From contig JAGFMF010011380.1 in NCBI GenBank assembly GCA_019455555.1, positions 14,974,053 through 15,038,052 on the forward strand: DNA of 64,000 nucleotides. Reading direction: 5' to 3'. This document shows positions 63,730 through 64,000 of the stretch, in pieces; positions within the stretch are counted from its first letter, which is position 1; every line of letters begins with the position of its first letter. Both the position numbers and the translations under genes were made by a program. Origin of the DNA: Galemys pyrenaicus. Its lineage: Eukaryota. Under the pieces are notes generated by a model that saw only the letters and a program-made list of their open reading frames with translations, was not told the origin of the DNA and did no database searches.

Positions 63730-63856
63730 CTACTTGGAATTGCATCTGCTGGAGTAAAATTTTCATCTTCACCATCAAGATGCTTTTGAAAATCTTCCAA
63801 TTTCATCCATTCCAGCTGCAGGTCCATGCCCAAACTCAAAATCTGTTGTTTGCCAT
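63730..63856 (-). CDS. MPHOSPH8: MPHOSPH8 coding exon (…LSLGMDLQLEWMKLEDFQKHLDGEDENFTPADAIPS + first base of the Asn codon); 5' part of the frame is uncertain
   Basis: Minus-strand acceptor tctttgttttag|ATGGCAAAC and donor CCAAGTA|gtaagt. The downstream frame joins exactly to the next exon. A T5 homopolymer (RC of caaaaatctg at 63836-63845) shifts the 5' end of the exon relative to the expected DG(K/R)QQILSLG reading (see findings). Confidence 0.75.
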
Positions 63857-64000
63857 CTAAAACAAAGAAGAGTCGTAAGGTACATTTATCTTAAAAAAAG
63901 GGAAAAATCTGTTTAATTATATTTGTATTATATTAGTCAAAACTTTGCATATATTTTTAACATATGTCACATTAACTGTTAAAATTTGAGATTCCCTGTG

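Noticed and set aside
1-64000. CpG island, promoter or 5' exon search
   Set aside because: No CpG-rich stretch was found, which is consistent with the window containing only the 3' portions of both genes.

Overview
This is eutherian-mammal nuclear DNA from a convergent gene pair. No prokaryotic-type system such as CRISPR or an operon is present. The + strand carries the last three coding exons of PSPC1 (paraspeckle component 1) at 6191-6248, 9333-9502 and 11415-11600, ending [12 protein letters not shown]. The - strand carries the 3' half of MPHOSPH8 (MPP8; ankyrin-repeat region and C-terminus) as nine exons between 63856 and 51853. All splice junctions were read directly from the sequence and have canonical GT/AG boundaries. 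About 40 kb lies between the two stop codons, and it is dominated by two large LINE-1 bodies plus about 29 copies of a tRNA-derived SINE family that I cannot assign to a named family or species. Its head is GGGCCTCCCTGGTGGCGCAGTGGGTTAAGCAACGCACTATGAAGCAAAC with A and B boxes, and its tail is TGCATAAATAAATAAATCTTTAAAAAA. Most copies carry 9-16 bp target-site duplications. All SINE copies lie downstream of 14.7 kb; the PSPC1 exon/intron/3'UTR block is SINE-free. The most notable points are a likely 1-bp homopolymer frameshift in the MPHOSPH8 exon at the window edge, a SINE placed 45 bp from an MPHOSPH8 3' splice site, a near-consensus young SINE copy, a pair of SINE insertions 78 bp apart from the same subfamily, a perfect 2x54-bp tandem duplication downstream of PSPC1, and one exon-like open segment (17130-17258) in the intergenic region. 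There is no CpG island or promoter, consistent with both genes presenting their 3' ends here.
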